Positions 1 to 14,317 of a DNA stretch of 64,000 nt are shown one piece after another (the first letter of the stretch is position 1; each line of letters begins with the position of its first letter). The stretch spans positions 11,842,001-11,906,000 of the forward strand of contig OX597835.1 of the NCBI GenBank assembly GCA_951406725.2, read 5' to 3'. Both the position numbers and the translations under genes were made by a program. Under the pieces are notes generated by a model that was given only the letters and a program-made list of their open reading frames with translations, was not told the DNA's origin and ran no database searches. The stretch comes from Octopus vulgaris (lineage: Eukaryota).

Positions 1-151
1 GTGAACAAAATATGACAACTTTTAAGTTCGATTAAAAAAAAAACTTTAAAGATAAACCAAGTGTGCATCACTTCGAGCCACCCACCCACCCAATAAACAT
101 TTCTAGCAAATTTAGTGAAAATCTGTTCATAATAATAATAATAATAATAGC

Positions 152-447
152 TTTTACTATAGGCACAAGACCTGAATTGGGGGAAGGGTGGATTAGTCGA
201 TTACATCGACCCCGGTTTTTTTTGTAGTACTTAATTTATCGGCCCTGAAAGGATGAGAGTAAACAAGAATGATCATTTGGGTGCTTTGTGGAAATCAGGG
301 ACTACAAAGAAAAAAGACGTGGTATGAGCAAACCCCATGAATCAACGAGAATGAAGATTGCAAAGTCCTGTGGGGTGCAAGGATTCAATGCGGTCGAATT
401 TATCTTTCATCCTTTCGGGGTCAATAAAATAAGGACCAGTTGAGCAT
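152..447. mobile_element. Two SINE-A fragments (152-262 minus, ~395-447 plus) flanking a short R4-type LINE ORF fragment (~268-375)
   Basis: SINE-A motifs gtcgattacatcgacc and ctttcatcctttcggggtc are present. The middle part translates as WVLCGNQGLQRKKTWYEQTP*..ENEDCKVLW, similar to the WWEHKP/WYKHVP region of the other R4-type relics in the window. Confidence 0.6.
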
Positions 448-654
448 TATTTTGCTAGAGACGTTGCTTTTTCAGAAAACGAAAAAAATAGTTTCACCAT
501 TCCATAGTAAAACCGTTGTACTACACTTTGTAATTTTTTGTTATCTTGGCATCTGAAGCAACTGGAGATACGATAGTTCTAGCAAAAGAATGGGCTATTG
601 CATATAATTGGCGAAATCTGAACACACGACAGTTTAATATAGTGGCAACAAGAC

Positions 655-705
<51 letters not shown>

Positions 706-1919
706 GTTGCTATTATATACCAGATATGGTTATTCATGTGCTGTACCGTATATCTTTACAGCCAGATGTTAATTAATCCAGACGTTCAACAGACCTATAT
801 TGAGGAGGCGAAAGTTGAGCATGGAGATAAACTCTTTAACGATAATTGGTGTCAGTTTTTCTTTATATAATTAACTTCCACGTAATTATGGAGCCATTTC
901 CTATTCAATCTGCACGGAATCATTATGAGAAATTCTTCTTAAAATACATCAAAGTGTTACATTAATCTTTACTTTGAGTAGAATATTGCCAGTAACCAGG
1001 TTGCAATTAATGCGACGACAATTTTGACACTAAATAATATATAAGTGATGTCAATAGGTTTTTCTTCTGTTCTTCAATTACTAATATGCATCTTCCATAC
1101 TATAATTCCTAATTTATTATCCGAAAAATCCTTTCTTGTAGAAAGAGCTTGCATTCAGAAATTTTGTAGCGCTTACGCTGCTAGTGAAGCTTCCATTAGC
1201 ACGCGAGGTACGGGAAATATTTTTTGTTTCCTGAAGTGTGTGTGTGTACATTTTAGTGCCACTGTTGATGTTGCTGTTGTTGTTAGCATTGTTGTAATTG
1301 TTGCTGACGATGAAAATATTACCCCCTCGGGCTAGTCATGCTAGCGTTTTTAGCTGTTAAATCATTTGCTTTTTGTTCATGTTCAAGATTAATATCTTGC
1401 TTTACAATAAAATTGATATAGTCTTTTTCATATATATTTGTTATCTGTTTGTGAACTATGCTATTTTGTTCATTGTTGATATTCTTTGGGTCTCGTATCT
1501 AGAAGACGCCATCTTAGCACGAATCTACACAGAGATGGAGAAATAAAATAATCATAAACAAAAGAACCGACATTATGTCTACCCCGGTATGGGGTAGACT
1601 CCGACAAGTTGGAAAGAACTGATTGTAAATAGTTGAACTAAGACAAGCTGATTGTGAAGAATTCGAAGGAAAAAATGTTTTCACTTTGACTGGCAAAAAC
1701 AGAAAGATATTATCAAATCGCCAAAGAATTATGAGTGCATTCACTCATAATTCTACGTTCAATAATAATAATAATAATAACAATAATAATAATAATAATA
1801 ATAATGATAATATTAATAATAACAACAACAACACCAACAACAACAATAACAACAACAATAATAATAATAATAATAATAATAATTTGCCCTCATGCAGTAC
1901 CAGGCAGTGGCTCTCGTGG

Positions 1920-2527
1920 GGTTGTGGATGTGAGAGCCTTGCACGAAAAGAATACAAGCGCCGCCACGATAAAGTGTGCGTGTATCTTCCTTGGCTCTGA
2001 TGCCGTAAATATCAATATGAAGTAACAGAGAACTGGTATAAGCATGTACCAAGTAAAGTTATGCAGCATCATGGAAAAGTAAATATACTCTGGGAGTATG
2101 GTTTGCAGACGGATCGTGTAATCGAACACCGTCAGCCGGATATTGCCATATTGAATAATAAAGATAAATACTGTCAGATCATTGATGTAGCTACACTAAA
2201 TGACATGAATTTTTTGAGTAAAGAGGTTGAAAAGAATTACCAAGTACTCCGAACTGAAAGTGGAAGTGGCAAGACTGTATGGAATGCGAGAGGTTGATGT
2301 AAAAGTGATACCAGTGGTGATCAGAGCGTTGGGCTCAATTACTTTGAAACTTCAAGACTTCTTAAGCCAGCTGGAAATCCCATGCAAGATTGATGTCTAG
2401 CAAAAAGCAGCCTTACAGGGCATAGCAAGCATCTTAAGGAAAGTATTATATGTCTGATGTCCTCGTTATGACTTGACAGATGACTAAACACTCCGGTGCA
2501 TTTTACCTACACTGTGCTACGAAGGAA
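1920..2527 (+). mobile_element. 5'-truncated R4/Dong-type non-LTR retrotransposon 3' end (restriction-like endonuclease), followed by (AAC/AAT)n
   Basis: Frameshifted translation GCESLARKEYKRRHDKV...ILWEYGLQTDRVIEHRQPDI...IIDV...IPVVIRALG...ILRKVL* carries the RHD and PD..D endonuclease motifs. A short 3' UTR and an (AAT)n tail follow. Confidence 0.85.
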
Positions 2528-2561
2528 CAATAATAGTAACAACAACAACAACAACAATAAC

Positions 2562-2607
<46 letters not shown>

Positions 2608-2610
<3 letters not shown>

Positions 2611-3080
2611 GGTATAAAAGATGGGCTACAGCAAATATTCTGCTCAATACCACAGATTTGCTTGTCAGTTGTTTGACCTTAACCAGTTGAGCATGTCCCT
2701 TAGTGGCTGACGATATGTGCATCTCTGATCACGAGCAGAAGTAGTGGGGGAGCATCATAGCCATGTGTTGAGAGGGATTCTTTGGGGTTTGAATAGTTCA
2801 CCTCTGGAAACATGGGTGGTTCTTTCAACATCCTTAAACAACCCTTATTCAGGGACCGTTTGAGCGGGATGGGTTACTCGATCTGAAGAAAATTCTAACT
2901 GGGCTCCACCTGCAAGGTCATGTGCTGTTTATCTTGATATGAGATCACCATGTCGCGCACATATGGTTGTGATGCATGTGCCTGGTGTACCTTTATCAGA
3001 CGGGTAGTCATGATGGGTATATTGGGCTTCGTATATTTTACCCCAGTGTCACTTTGATGACATGCACTGCTCTCTCACTC
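2608..3080 (+). mobile_element. Element D, a non-coding interspersed repeat embedded in (AAT)n
   Basis: Near-identical reverse-complement copy at 14337-14848 and partial copies at 7690-7982 and 14089-14257. This copy is bordered by (AAT)n on both sides. Confidence 0.85.
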
Positions 3081-3192
<112 letters not shown>

Positions 3193-4699
3193 TAACTATC
3201 TTCTGTCATTAGAGGATTATTAAGTGACAGTTGGGTGGTAGAATTTCAAAATATCTCAGGGCTCGGATGATGTAATTCTTAATGCAAAGAGTCGTATTAT
3301 ATACAAATCATTTAAATTCTAAACAAAAAAAAATTAAACATATTGAAATATATTATATAAGTAATTTTGTTTTGGTGAATTTGATGGCACTTCTGCTATG
3401 TGGTGTTGTTGTTGATGCTGTTGTTGTTGCTGTCGTTGTTGTTGTTGCTGCTGTCTAGTGCCAGGGTCGCCGCCACCATTCCACAATTTCCTTCGCGTAT
3501 AATGTGTCTACGATTTCATTACGTTAAGTGTTTGGTCGTTTTGATTTTTATTTGCTTTTCCATAGCACCCTGACATGTTTTACGAATTCCTAGACGAGCC
3601 CTCCATGTATTTATTATAAAAAAACTTATTAAATAATATTACAAAGTTTAAAATAGTTTCGTACGTCTAGACAGAAATATCAATTATTTTTAGTCAATAC
3701 CGAAGAACAGAATTGTTACCTTCATGATTTTCCCACGGGTTTTGTCAGCGTATTTGAACCGGAATCAATCGAGATTAGAAACTGCACCTTCGAAATTAAA
3801 TCACCAGAAATTTACGTCTTCCTAGCCAAGACTCCCCAGAGTATCTATAAATTTTATTTCCTCATATTAATATTATTCAATTGGAATGTTTTCAATTCCA
3901 TTTTCTGCTATACTATAATTTTAGATAATATCGCATATAATATTATGTATTGTGTATGTATCTGAAAGTGGACAAAGGCATAACTGTTGGATAAAATCGA
4001 ATTGCTGCAAGTTATGAAATTAGGTTTTTATATGTTCATAGCCCCATTTCGTTGGTTTTAATATTAAATGAAATGACAACTAAAGCAACTGGCAGAAAAT
4101 GGTGGTGAGATAATAAAGAAAGTATTCTCTCGTTCAACATTTCTCTTTATTAAATCGGCTAAAGGGAGGATATCTTTCAGATACGCTTCTACAGCACCGC
4201 AACGTTTCCTTATAAACAATTTAGATTCATATTTTGATACGATATATCACTCAGATATGAATGAGATGAAAAGTAGCAGTTTGGTAGAGCCATTTGAACC
4301 TCGGTGTTTGCTGTATATGCATTTGTTGTATATGTTGCCGATCTTAAAATCGTCAGTTAGAAACTCGTCGCAGCAATATTCACATCCATCCCGCCGAAGA
4401 TGATAAGATAAAATACTAATCATTATTTAGATGGATTTAATCGACTTCTCAGCATGTAACAGGCTAACAAACTACGGAGTTACCCAAATTCCCGTAGACC
4501 TGAGATTCCATTACATCGAGTGACGTTTATTGTCGTCCCATCCCTATTCAAGAACAAAATGGAATAAAGGTCATTCCCGAACCATATGCTCATGAGGTCA
4601 GTTTCTCGAATTTTGTGGTGTATATATTTTCCTTCGGGGCAGGACGTGGTTTTTTGAAGGATTACACATTTTTGCCGACTTAGAGATCTGGAGTTATGA

Positions 4700-4812
4700 G
4701 AAATTAAGTGTTTTGCACAAAAACACAACGAATCGCCTGTTCCAAGAATCGATACCACAATCTTACAATCATGAGTGCAAACACTCTAACCACAAAGCCA
4801 TGCACCTCCACC
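4700..4812 (-). mobile_element. Old tRNA-derived SINE head fragment
   Basis: Reverse complement reads ggaggtgcatggctttgtggttagagtg...gtatcgattc (A-box-like and B-box-like). Confidence 0.55.
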
Positions 4813-5944
4813 ACATCGCTATTATTTACTTGTAATATTTTATATTGTCACAAATATAACGAATATACGCACAAAAATATTTTATCTTTATACATACGTT
4901 CTCTTTCATAGCGTACCTCATTAAAGAGAGATTACGCAAAAGAAATAAGAATGACAGAATGAGGGGAATGAGGCGGTGTATATATTTATATATATATATA
5001 CGCAAAAGAAATAAGAATGACAGAATAAGGAAAATGAGGCGGTAAGGCATAAAGTTACATACAACATAATCTTTTCCTTTCATCCTTTTCACTTCGTATG
5101 ATGTTGATGAAACAGAAATATTAATAAACTTGGGTTAATTCAAATAAATGTATATCCACTCTTATATAATTTAGATATTTAAACAATTCATGGCTGCTAC
5201 CTTTGATATTATCGCCCCTTTCTCCTCGTTGACCTTATCCAAAACTTTTCTTTCCTCCTCATAGCAGTGCCATTTTAGAATGAAATGGCATTAATAACGC
5301 TCAGCAAACAGTTTCGCTGATGTAGTCAGTTACTGACAACCTCAAGGAAGACCTATAATACAGTTCCAATGCTGTGTAATTTTAACGATTTAGTTCCAAA
5401 TTATAGCATGACCTTCATCCCCAGAGCCGCCTCATCTTTTGGATTGGATAGTCTGTATTTCACAACACCTGACCCCCATCCCCACCCGTATCGATATTAC
5501 CAATGTATACTAGCCAAATTTCATCTCCCGTGTTTTTCTGCTGCATTAAATTCCAAAAGGAAATATATACGTAGAAAATGAAACTTGTACAATTTGTAAA
5601 TTGAAACAGTGAAAGAATTGAAGAACAGAAAGGAAAAGGACAAAACAAATAACTAGGAAGAGAAGGAATAACAAAACCAATTCATTTGGGAAGTAAGGGG
5701 CGTTGGTTGTATCTGACAGAAACTTGAAACGTCAGACAGAGAGCAAACGCAAAATGTGTGGAAAAGAGGACTAAAGTATTAAGCATTTCGTGGGTGCAAA
5801 AATTAGCACAAAACGATTATAAATGCGGGTATAACCATGGAGTGAGACTCGGTGATAAACAAGTTTGTAAATTCTAAGTGACAGAAAAGGTAGTATCAAG
5901 AGATCCAGGTTGTGTTGAAGGATAGTAGTGACAGGATTTCTCGT

Positions 5945-6075
5945 AGAGATTAAGCAAAACTATTGAAGCAAAGACGCCAGATATGATTGTAGAGGACAAA
6001 AACAAATACTAAAACTGTAAAGTAACAGGACTTTGCAATACCATATGATGGAAGAATGGACATAAGAGAAAACTA
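5945..6075 (+). mobile_element. R4-type LINE endonuclease fragment
   Basis: Translates as KTIEAKTPDMIVEDKNK...DFAIPYDGRMD (PD...D motif), with frameshifts. Confidence 0.55.
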
Positions 6076-7187
6076 TTATATATGTGTGTGTGTGTGTTTA
6101 TATATATATGTACGTATATATTCGTGCGTATTCGCATAGATGTACATATATATCATGAACATATCTTTAAACAGAAATGCGCATTATATATATATATATA
6201 CACATACAAACAAGCATATATATGTATTAATGTAACCGTGTGTGTAAGTAAATGCGGAACAAAAATTTTGCCTGAATATTGTGTCAATTATGTCATCCTT
6301 AGAAAATATACCCAATACGAAAGCAAATTCCATTACTTCATAACCACAAAAATGTATTTACAGCATATATGTGTGTGTGCATGCGTGTGTGTATGTATAT
6401 ATGTATGTTTGTATGTATGCATGTATGTATGTAGGCGTATATGTATGCATGTATATATATGTGGGTATATAATTCTACAACTTAACTTCTCTAAGAAAAG
6501 AATACAATTACCATGAAACAATGATTCGTCCAATGTTCTAGCGACCATTAACGTGCACGTTATTGCCCTGACTTGGCATCATTCTAACTTAATCTTGTCA
6601 TTAATGGATACATATTCAAAATCATTTTATATTATCACTTATCTCACCTGGGATCCACCTTATACTTACTTGATCGTTGAATATAAAAATTACAGTTTTC
6701 TTCACCTTCATTGTCTATTTTATAGTTCGTATTTTTTCTTATTTTATTTTTTGCTATGTTGCAGCATATTTACATACATTGGTTGTCCGCTGGAAAATAG
6801 TAAGTTGTCTCATAATACAATTATACGTACCATGTGGTTACGATATATCAATCAACAGTAACACCGCTATTCACCTTATAAACTGCCACAGGGAGTTACG
6901 AAAAAATAGAAATCCAATTATTATTTCATAGGCGACTTCACATAACAATTTGTTTTCAACTAAAGCTTTGGAATAAAACATTTCACGGTTGAACACCTGG
7001 AGGAGACTCTAATACCAAAACAAACCGAGTCAATTAAATGGAGAAATTGATGCGCTCTATCTACATAGAGATGTAATTTCATGTGTAGTTACAGCTTAAT
7101 AAAATAAAATAACATTAACAACAACAACCACATCAATAACCCCAGTAGTAATAATAGTAACAATAATAAGTAAATAAATAAATAATA

Positions 7188-7332
7188 GTCCTTTCTACTA
7201 GACGCACAAGGCCTCGAATTTGGGGGAAGGAATTAAGTCGATTACATCGACACCAGTGCGTAACTGCTACTTATTTAATCGACCACGAAACGAAGAAAGG
7301 CAAAGTCGACCTCGACGGAATTTGAACTCAGA

Positions 7333-7396
<64 letters not shown>

Positions 7397-7449
7397 GTCC
7401 TTTCTACTGGACAAAGGCAAAGTCGACCTCGACGGAATTTGAACTCAGA

Positions 7450-7450
<1 letters not shown>
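7188..7450 (-). mobile_element. SINE-A fragment ((ATT)n-tailed variant) with a local partial duplication
   Basis: aaggcaaagtcgacctcgacggaatttgaactcagaatat occurs twice, each time followed by (AAT)n. Confidence 0.8.
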
Positions 7451-7527
<77 letters not shown>

Positions 7528-7605
7528 AGATGATGATAATGATAAATAATAATAATAATAATAATAACAACAACAACAACAACAACAACAATAATAATAA
7601 TATTA

Positions 7606-7640
<35 letters not shown>

Positions 7641-7689
7641 CGAACTGGTCCCACACCCATGGATTATGGAATGCCTTAAACTGCGTAAG

Positions 7690-7982
7690 TTCTTTGGGGT
7701 TTGAATAAATCACCTTTGGAAGCATGGGTGTTTCGTTCAACATCTTTAAACAACCCTTATTCAAGGACCTTTTGAGGGGATGGGCTACTCGACCTGAAGA
7801 AAATTCTAACTGGGCCCCACCTGCAAGATCATGCGCTGTTTATTTTGATATGAGATCACCATGTCGCGCACATATGATTCATGTGCTTGGTGTACCCTTA
7901 TCAGACGGGTAGTCATGATGGGTATACTGGGCTTCGTATACTTTACCTCAGTGTCATTTTGATAGCATGCACTGCTATCTCA
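7690..7982 (+). mobile_element. Element D, 5'-truncated diverged copy
   Basis: Aligns by eye to 2778-3080. Confidence 0.8.
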
Positions 7983-7997
7983 ATCAACAATAATAAC

Positions 7998-9172
7998 AGG
8001 ATGACTGGATATTAAGATTTAGATGACTGGATGTTAAAACTTATTTCAAAGCACATGAGTAAGAATTCATCATACTCAGTAACAAAACAAGCAAAGGAAT
8101 ATCATATCTAAGTGAATTCCAAATGCAACAAATCCCAGAATTAGACGTACTGGAAACAAGCACAGAAAAAGCTAAGCGTATGAAAACCCGTGCTAAAACT
8201 ACTGCCTTAGATATTTTTACTGATAAATGTCAAGAAAAACCTCTGAATGGCAAATACCCAAAGAGAGCCAATAGTGACGATATTGACAAAGCCCTTACCC
8301 ATCAATGGTTAGTGTCTTCTGGCTTAAAATCAGAAACAGAAGGGTTTATGATAGCAGCCCAAGATCAATGCCTACCTACAAGAAACTACAAGGAAAACAT
8401 ATTAAAGAACGGCAGTAGCCCAACATATCGTGTATGAACAACAAAATGAAACTACTGATCATCTGCAGTCTTCTCGCGCCAACAGAATATTTCAACAGGT
8501 ATGATAGGGCAGCACTGTATGTTCACTGGGTAATTTGCAATAACCTGGACCAGTCCTATGATAAATACTGGTGGGAACACAAACCACCCCCAGTGCTTAA
8601 AAATGATCACATCTCACTCTCCTCTGGAGCTTCACCATTCAAACTGACAGAAAGATAGATGCGAATAGGCCAGACATATTGAAAGACTTCAGACAAAAAT
8701 CATGCCTTCTCATTGATATGACTGTCCAAATCGACATAAATGTATCTGTTAAGACCTACCAAAACCTGAGCAAGTATAAAGATCTTGAAATAGAAATTGG
8801 CAAAATGTGGAACCTCAAGACTAAAACAATACCTGTTGTCATAGGTGCCCTAGGAATGATAGCAAGAGGGACTGATTCCTACCTAGTATAGATACCAGTA
8901 AACCCCAAAATGGTAGAAATTCAAAAGATAGTGCTCATAGGAACTACCCGTATTCTACGTAAAATACTGTCTATATAATCTCAGTTTTTAAGATAAACTT
9001 ATAATTTTCTTATGCTTTCTTTAAACATTCTCAAGAACAATTCTTTGTGCAAAAGCAAATGTATAACGCCCTAGGCATTACACCATCATGAACTTCTAGC
9101 TTGTTGTCTCTTAATGTCTCTGGATAAAACATGAAGCCAACTTGTACAGATGTAAAGCAAACGTCAAACATA
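7998..9172 (+). mobile_element. R4/Dong-type LINE 3' portion (pseudogenised) with 3' UTR and (AAT)n tail
   Basis: ORFs 8123-8437, 8434-8658 and 8679-8891 give HQWLVSSGLKSETEGFMIAAQDQCLPTRNY, EYFNRYDRAALYVHW and LLIDMTV...KYKDLEIEIGKMWNLKTKTIPVVIGALG. A related 3' UTR fragment lies at ~17064-17190. Confidence 0.9.
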
Positions 9173-9228
9173 TAATAATAATAACAACGATAAAAACAAC
9201 AACAACAACAACAATAATAATAATAATG

Positions 9229-9987
<759 letters not shown>

Positions 9988-9988
<1 letters not shown>

Positions 9989-10140
9989 TCTTTTCTACTC
10001 TAGGTACAAGGCCCGAAGCTTTTCGGGAGGGTGCTAGTCGATTAGATCGACCGCAATACTTCACTTCACTGGTACTTACTTTATCAACCCCGAAAGGATG
10101 AAAGCAAAGTCGACCTCTACGGAATTTGAACTCAGAACAT
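9988..10140 (-). mobile_element. SINE-A fragment ((ATT)n-tailed variant)
   Basis: ccccgaaaggatgaaagcaaagtcgacctc...gaatttgaactcagaac, adjoining an (AAT)n tract. Confidence 0.8.
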
Positions 10141-11326
10141 AAAGAAATTTTGGGGTGAAGGAAGTTGTAATAATAACTGAGTGTTGCTGGTGAGGATTTT
10201 TTCCGTTTTTCTCTACGTCGTACATTTATACCGAGAAGAATTATGTAAGAGTCAAGAACCAACTTCTGTAGCATGGCAACATACACACACACATACACAC
10301 ACACTCACAAACACAGACACATATGCACACATACAGACACACACTCACTAACAAACACACACATACATATACGTGTGCGTATGTGTGTATGAAGCTATTC
10401 TATTCGAATATCTAAATATATATTAGTTATTAAAAGTGACTTGATAACTTTTTAAGCAATTTTGTTTCATACCTAACTTGACATTTTCTACTTTTTATTA
10501 CAAGACTGGCTTCTTCGGCAATATTGCCATTACGTTATATTTCATTACCAGCCATCGCATAAGAATTTTTCCTCGTTAATGTATTAAACATGAAATTGAA
10601 TGTATTTCAGTTTTGGAATTATAATGACTTGTCAAGACCGGATACTATTAATATAAAATATTTATCTAAAGGTCATATACAAGCATTACTTTTAGTTTTC
10701 AGATATAATCCCATTGACAGGTTATGTTTGAAGGCAATATTTTAATGACCTACATCAATGCTTGTGTCCTTTGTTTAGATCCATAAAACAAGAAATGCAA
10801 AGTTAAAATAGAAAGAGTGTGAATCGGAAAAGTTTGAACCCAAAACATTCAATCAATACTGAAAGATTTTATACCCGACTCAATAAAAAGTTAAATCTTA
10901 TACTAACGATATTAAATCTTATACTAACTATATCTATTCTGAATCCCATATTTGTTCCGTTTATATGACTACACGTGTTTCGAGGAGGTACGTCGGTATT
11001 GATTAGATACAAGGTATCTAGTTTCAATACTTAATCGGGTCGACATACTCCCAATCTTCAGGTCTGGATTCCTCAACATTTTTCACTACCCCTACCTCTT
11101 ACATACCTCCATGATACTCTATATCTTCATTATAATCTTACTTAACATATACAAATGAATAGAAATACAAATAATGAATAAAAATAATAATTGAATATTA
11201 AAAATTTAAGGAGTAAAAATTTAAGGAATAAAAATTCAAGGAATAAACATTTAAGAAAAAAAATTTAAAGAGAATACGAGTGAAAATTACGAATAAAAGT
11301 TACATTCTTCACAGAGAACAGTTATC

Positions 11327-11391
11327 GTTTAGAGAAACTGAAGAGACGTCTAGTTCACGCTAGATATGAAACCAATGGGTTTTTACTAAAC
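11327..11391 (+). ncRNA. Hammerhead-ribozyme-like motif (type I), degenerate stem II
   Basis: gtttag-ag-aaa CTGAAGA g acgtctag[ttcacg]ctagatat GAAA cc[aatg]gg TT ttt-a-ctaaac. Core intact, stem I with an internal loop, one C-A mismatch in stem II. Confidence 0.6.
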
Positions 11392-12182
11392 TGTTACGGT
11401 ACACATACAATACACATACAAAAAATATGTATATATATTATGTATATATGTATATATGCATATATATGCATATATGCATATATATGCATATATAAATATA
11501 CACGCACATATATACAAAAATACATACATACATACTGCATGCGTGTGTGTGTGTGTATGTGTGTGTGTGTGTGTGTGTGTGTATAAACATCTGGTTATGT
11601 CACCATAAAGGCAATTTTTGAGATTTGAGATGCCTTCCTTCCCTTGATGTTGAAAACGCTTTATATACAATATGCATAAAGTAGTTGATCGATGGGTAGA
11701 TATTTGAGTCCTCTACAGATCGATTGATCAATATATAGGCCCTGTAGAGAATCATCAATATTCTGATAACCTAAGAGAAGGAACGTTATCAACATTTTTT
11801 CTTGCCGAATCCCCGGTGCTGCAACCTTAATTTGTAGTCTGTTTTCATTCTTTTTTTGTTTGTTCTCCAGAAAAAAAATCACAATTTCATTTTACGTATT
11901 GGATTGGTAGAGCAATTCGTTCACCCTCCCCAATTTATTTAAATCTTTTCCATTATTATTTTAATTAACACGAAAATAATGTTTTATCCTAATATTTTAT
12001 TGTTTTTGAGGCTCTATTTCTCTTCTATAAATTTCGTCCATCATTTTAGGAATTTGAATAAATTTACCTGACAACGCAATATTAGAGAATAGTCATAATT
12101 TTAATAGAAAAAAATTAACCATGAAAATTTTGATAATTATTAATTTCAATTTGCTGAGAATTAAATTTATTCTGCATTTTGG

Positions 12183-12500
12183 ACGCAGGCTAAGAAACTT
12201 ACTTCTCAATCACAAGGTTACAGGTTCAGTCCCTTGTGAGGCACCTTCGGCAAGTGTCTTCTTCTATAGCCCCGGGCCGACGAAGCCCTTGTGAGAGATC
12301 TTGGTAGACGGAAACGGAAAGACATCTGTCTTGTGTATATATATTTGGTGAAATGCATATGTGTGTATGCGTTTGTGCCCGTGTATTTGCGTTCCTGTAA
12401 CTTACCGGTTGGGCAAATGTCACCTATAGAATAAGTACCAGGCTAAAACACTTCATGACGATGCCCCAGCATAGCCGCAACGACTGAAACATGTAAAAAA
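12183..12500 (+). mobile_element. SINE-C, old diverged copy
   Basis: ggttcagtcc...ggcaagtgtcttcttctatagccccgggccgac...ggtagacggaaac, then a microsatellite and the gactgaaac tail. Confidence 0.75.
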
Positions 12501-12803
12501 AAAGATAAATGGAAGATCTATGATATAGTTATTAAATTGATAGTTGTTACACTCATATTTTGACGATAGAAGATAACAATTAAATGAGGAAATTACTCTG
12601 ATTAAGATGTGATGCCGTAAAATATTGATACCATGCATTTCAGAAAAAATATATAGACGAGGAAAAGACACGTTAAAGGGGACAGTATTGTTGGAAACCT
12701 TGTCAAAGAGATTTATGTGGACCACAAAATATAGTGGCAGTAACCAAGTTTTCAAAAATGTCTTTGAACCATCGATGATTGGGACTGACTGTTCCTTACT
12801 GGA

Positions 12804-13191
12804 TGGAAGCACTCCGTCGGTTACGACGACGAGGGTTCCGGTTGATCCGAATCAACGGAACAGCCTGCTCGTGAAATTAACATGTAAGTGGCTGAGCACT
12901 CCACAGACACATGTACCCTTAACGTAGTTCTCGGGGATATTCAGCGTGACACAGAGAGTGACAAGGCCGGCCCTTTGAAATACAGGTACAACAGAAACAG
13001 GAAGTTAGAGTGAGAGAAAGTTGTGATGAAAGAGTACAGCAGGGATCACCACCATCCCCTGCCGGTGCCTCGTGGAGCTTTTTTAGGTGTTTTCGCTCAA
13101 TAAACACTCACAACGCCCGGTCTGGGAATCGGGACCGCGATCCTATGACCGCGAGTCCGCTGCCCTAACCACTGGGCCATTGCGCCTCCAC
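12804..13191 (-). mobile_element. SINE-B, full-length (~390 bp, tRNA-derived head)
   Basis: Reverse complement starts ggaggcgcaatggcccagtggttagggcagcggactcgcggtc (A box) and ends gtaaccgacggagtgcttcc. Near-identical to 22362-22738 and 39764-40150. Confidence 0.9.
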
Positions 13192-13429
13192 CTTAACAAA
13201 AGATAACACTAGTCAACAGAATAAAACTTTTATTTTCTGGCATAAAGCCTTACAGCTGTTTGAGACTAACGTGTTTGTGCCACCGGTATATACCTTTATT
13301 TACCTGGAACATACCAAAAGTTAACTTTACACCACTACTTGAGAGAATTTTGGCTGGATTGTTGTGTTGATTTTAAATAATATGTTCAAACTGAGTTTTG
13401 CTTTAAAATACTTCCTCTTTTTTTCAGGT

Positions 13430-14088
13430 GTGATGTAGTTATGGATATCAAAAAGAAGCGCCTGTTGTAATGGCCCCGATATCTTCTGTTACATCTGTGG
13501 AAACTTCACTCGGATCTTTTCACCTCAATAGACTTCACTCGGATTTATTCACCTCAATAGACGTCATTGATTGTTTGAAATTGCCGAAATACGAGAAATT
13601 TAACAACAAACTACGAAATTTTCTCAAGAACGCCAAGAGAAAAAGATATTTTATGTAACACATTCTACTAGTATACGACGTTTAAAAGTGTTTAGTTACA
13701 AAAAATTATTTTTTAAATCTGGCGGTCAAAGTGAAAAGATCCCTTCTCTCCACAGGCTCAAAGGCACAACATTAATAACTTTGTCAAGTTATATCAAACT
13801 TACGTTCAAATAACACTTGCAGTCTAGAATAAAACCCGTGTTGAAACTTGGTGTGATGTAGCAATTCACCAAATATCTTGATCACAGTAGAGACTGCTTC
13901 AGATATATATGTACAACCTTTCCAAGTCTCAGTAACGAGAAGAATAAGGTAGGAATATTTGATGGACCTCAAATAAGAACACTCCTCGGGAATCCAGATT
14001 TTGTTACAAGAATGTGTGCGGTGGAGGCTAGAGTTTGGAATGCCTTCCCTGATGTGATGCGGAATTTCTTTGGAAACAGGAATGCTGA
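13430..14088 (+). mobile_element. DNA transposase relic, probably Chapaev3-like (CMC)
   Basis: Fragments translate as CCNGPDIFCYICG, LKLGVM*QFTKYLD and KVGIFDGPQIRTLL...VWNAF..VMRNFFGN. The superfamily assignment is from memory of these motifs. Confidence 0.6.
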
Positions 14089-14256
14089 ATGCTCAACTGG
14101 TTAAGGTCAAACAACTGACAAGCAAATCTGTGGTATTGAGCGGGATATTTGCTGTAGCCCATCTTTTATACCAAGACAAGACGATGTGCATGATAACACT
14201 TCCAATCAGTTAAGATCAGAAGCCATGAGAGCCACTGCCTGGTACTGCATCAGGTC

Positions 14257-14317
<61 letters not shown>

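Noticed and set aside
761-850. Possible exon QMLINPDVQQTYIEEAKVEHGDKLFNDNW after tctttacag
   Set aside because: No recognisable homology, a weak donor site and no partner exons; it would need RNA-seq support.
11015-11065. Minus-strand CTGAAGA...GAAACTAG hammerhead candidate
   Set aside because: The hairpin is not adjacent to GAAA, the UH is missing, and stem I does not pair.
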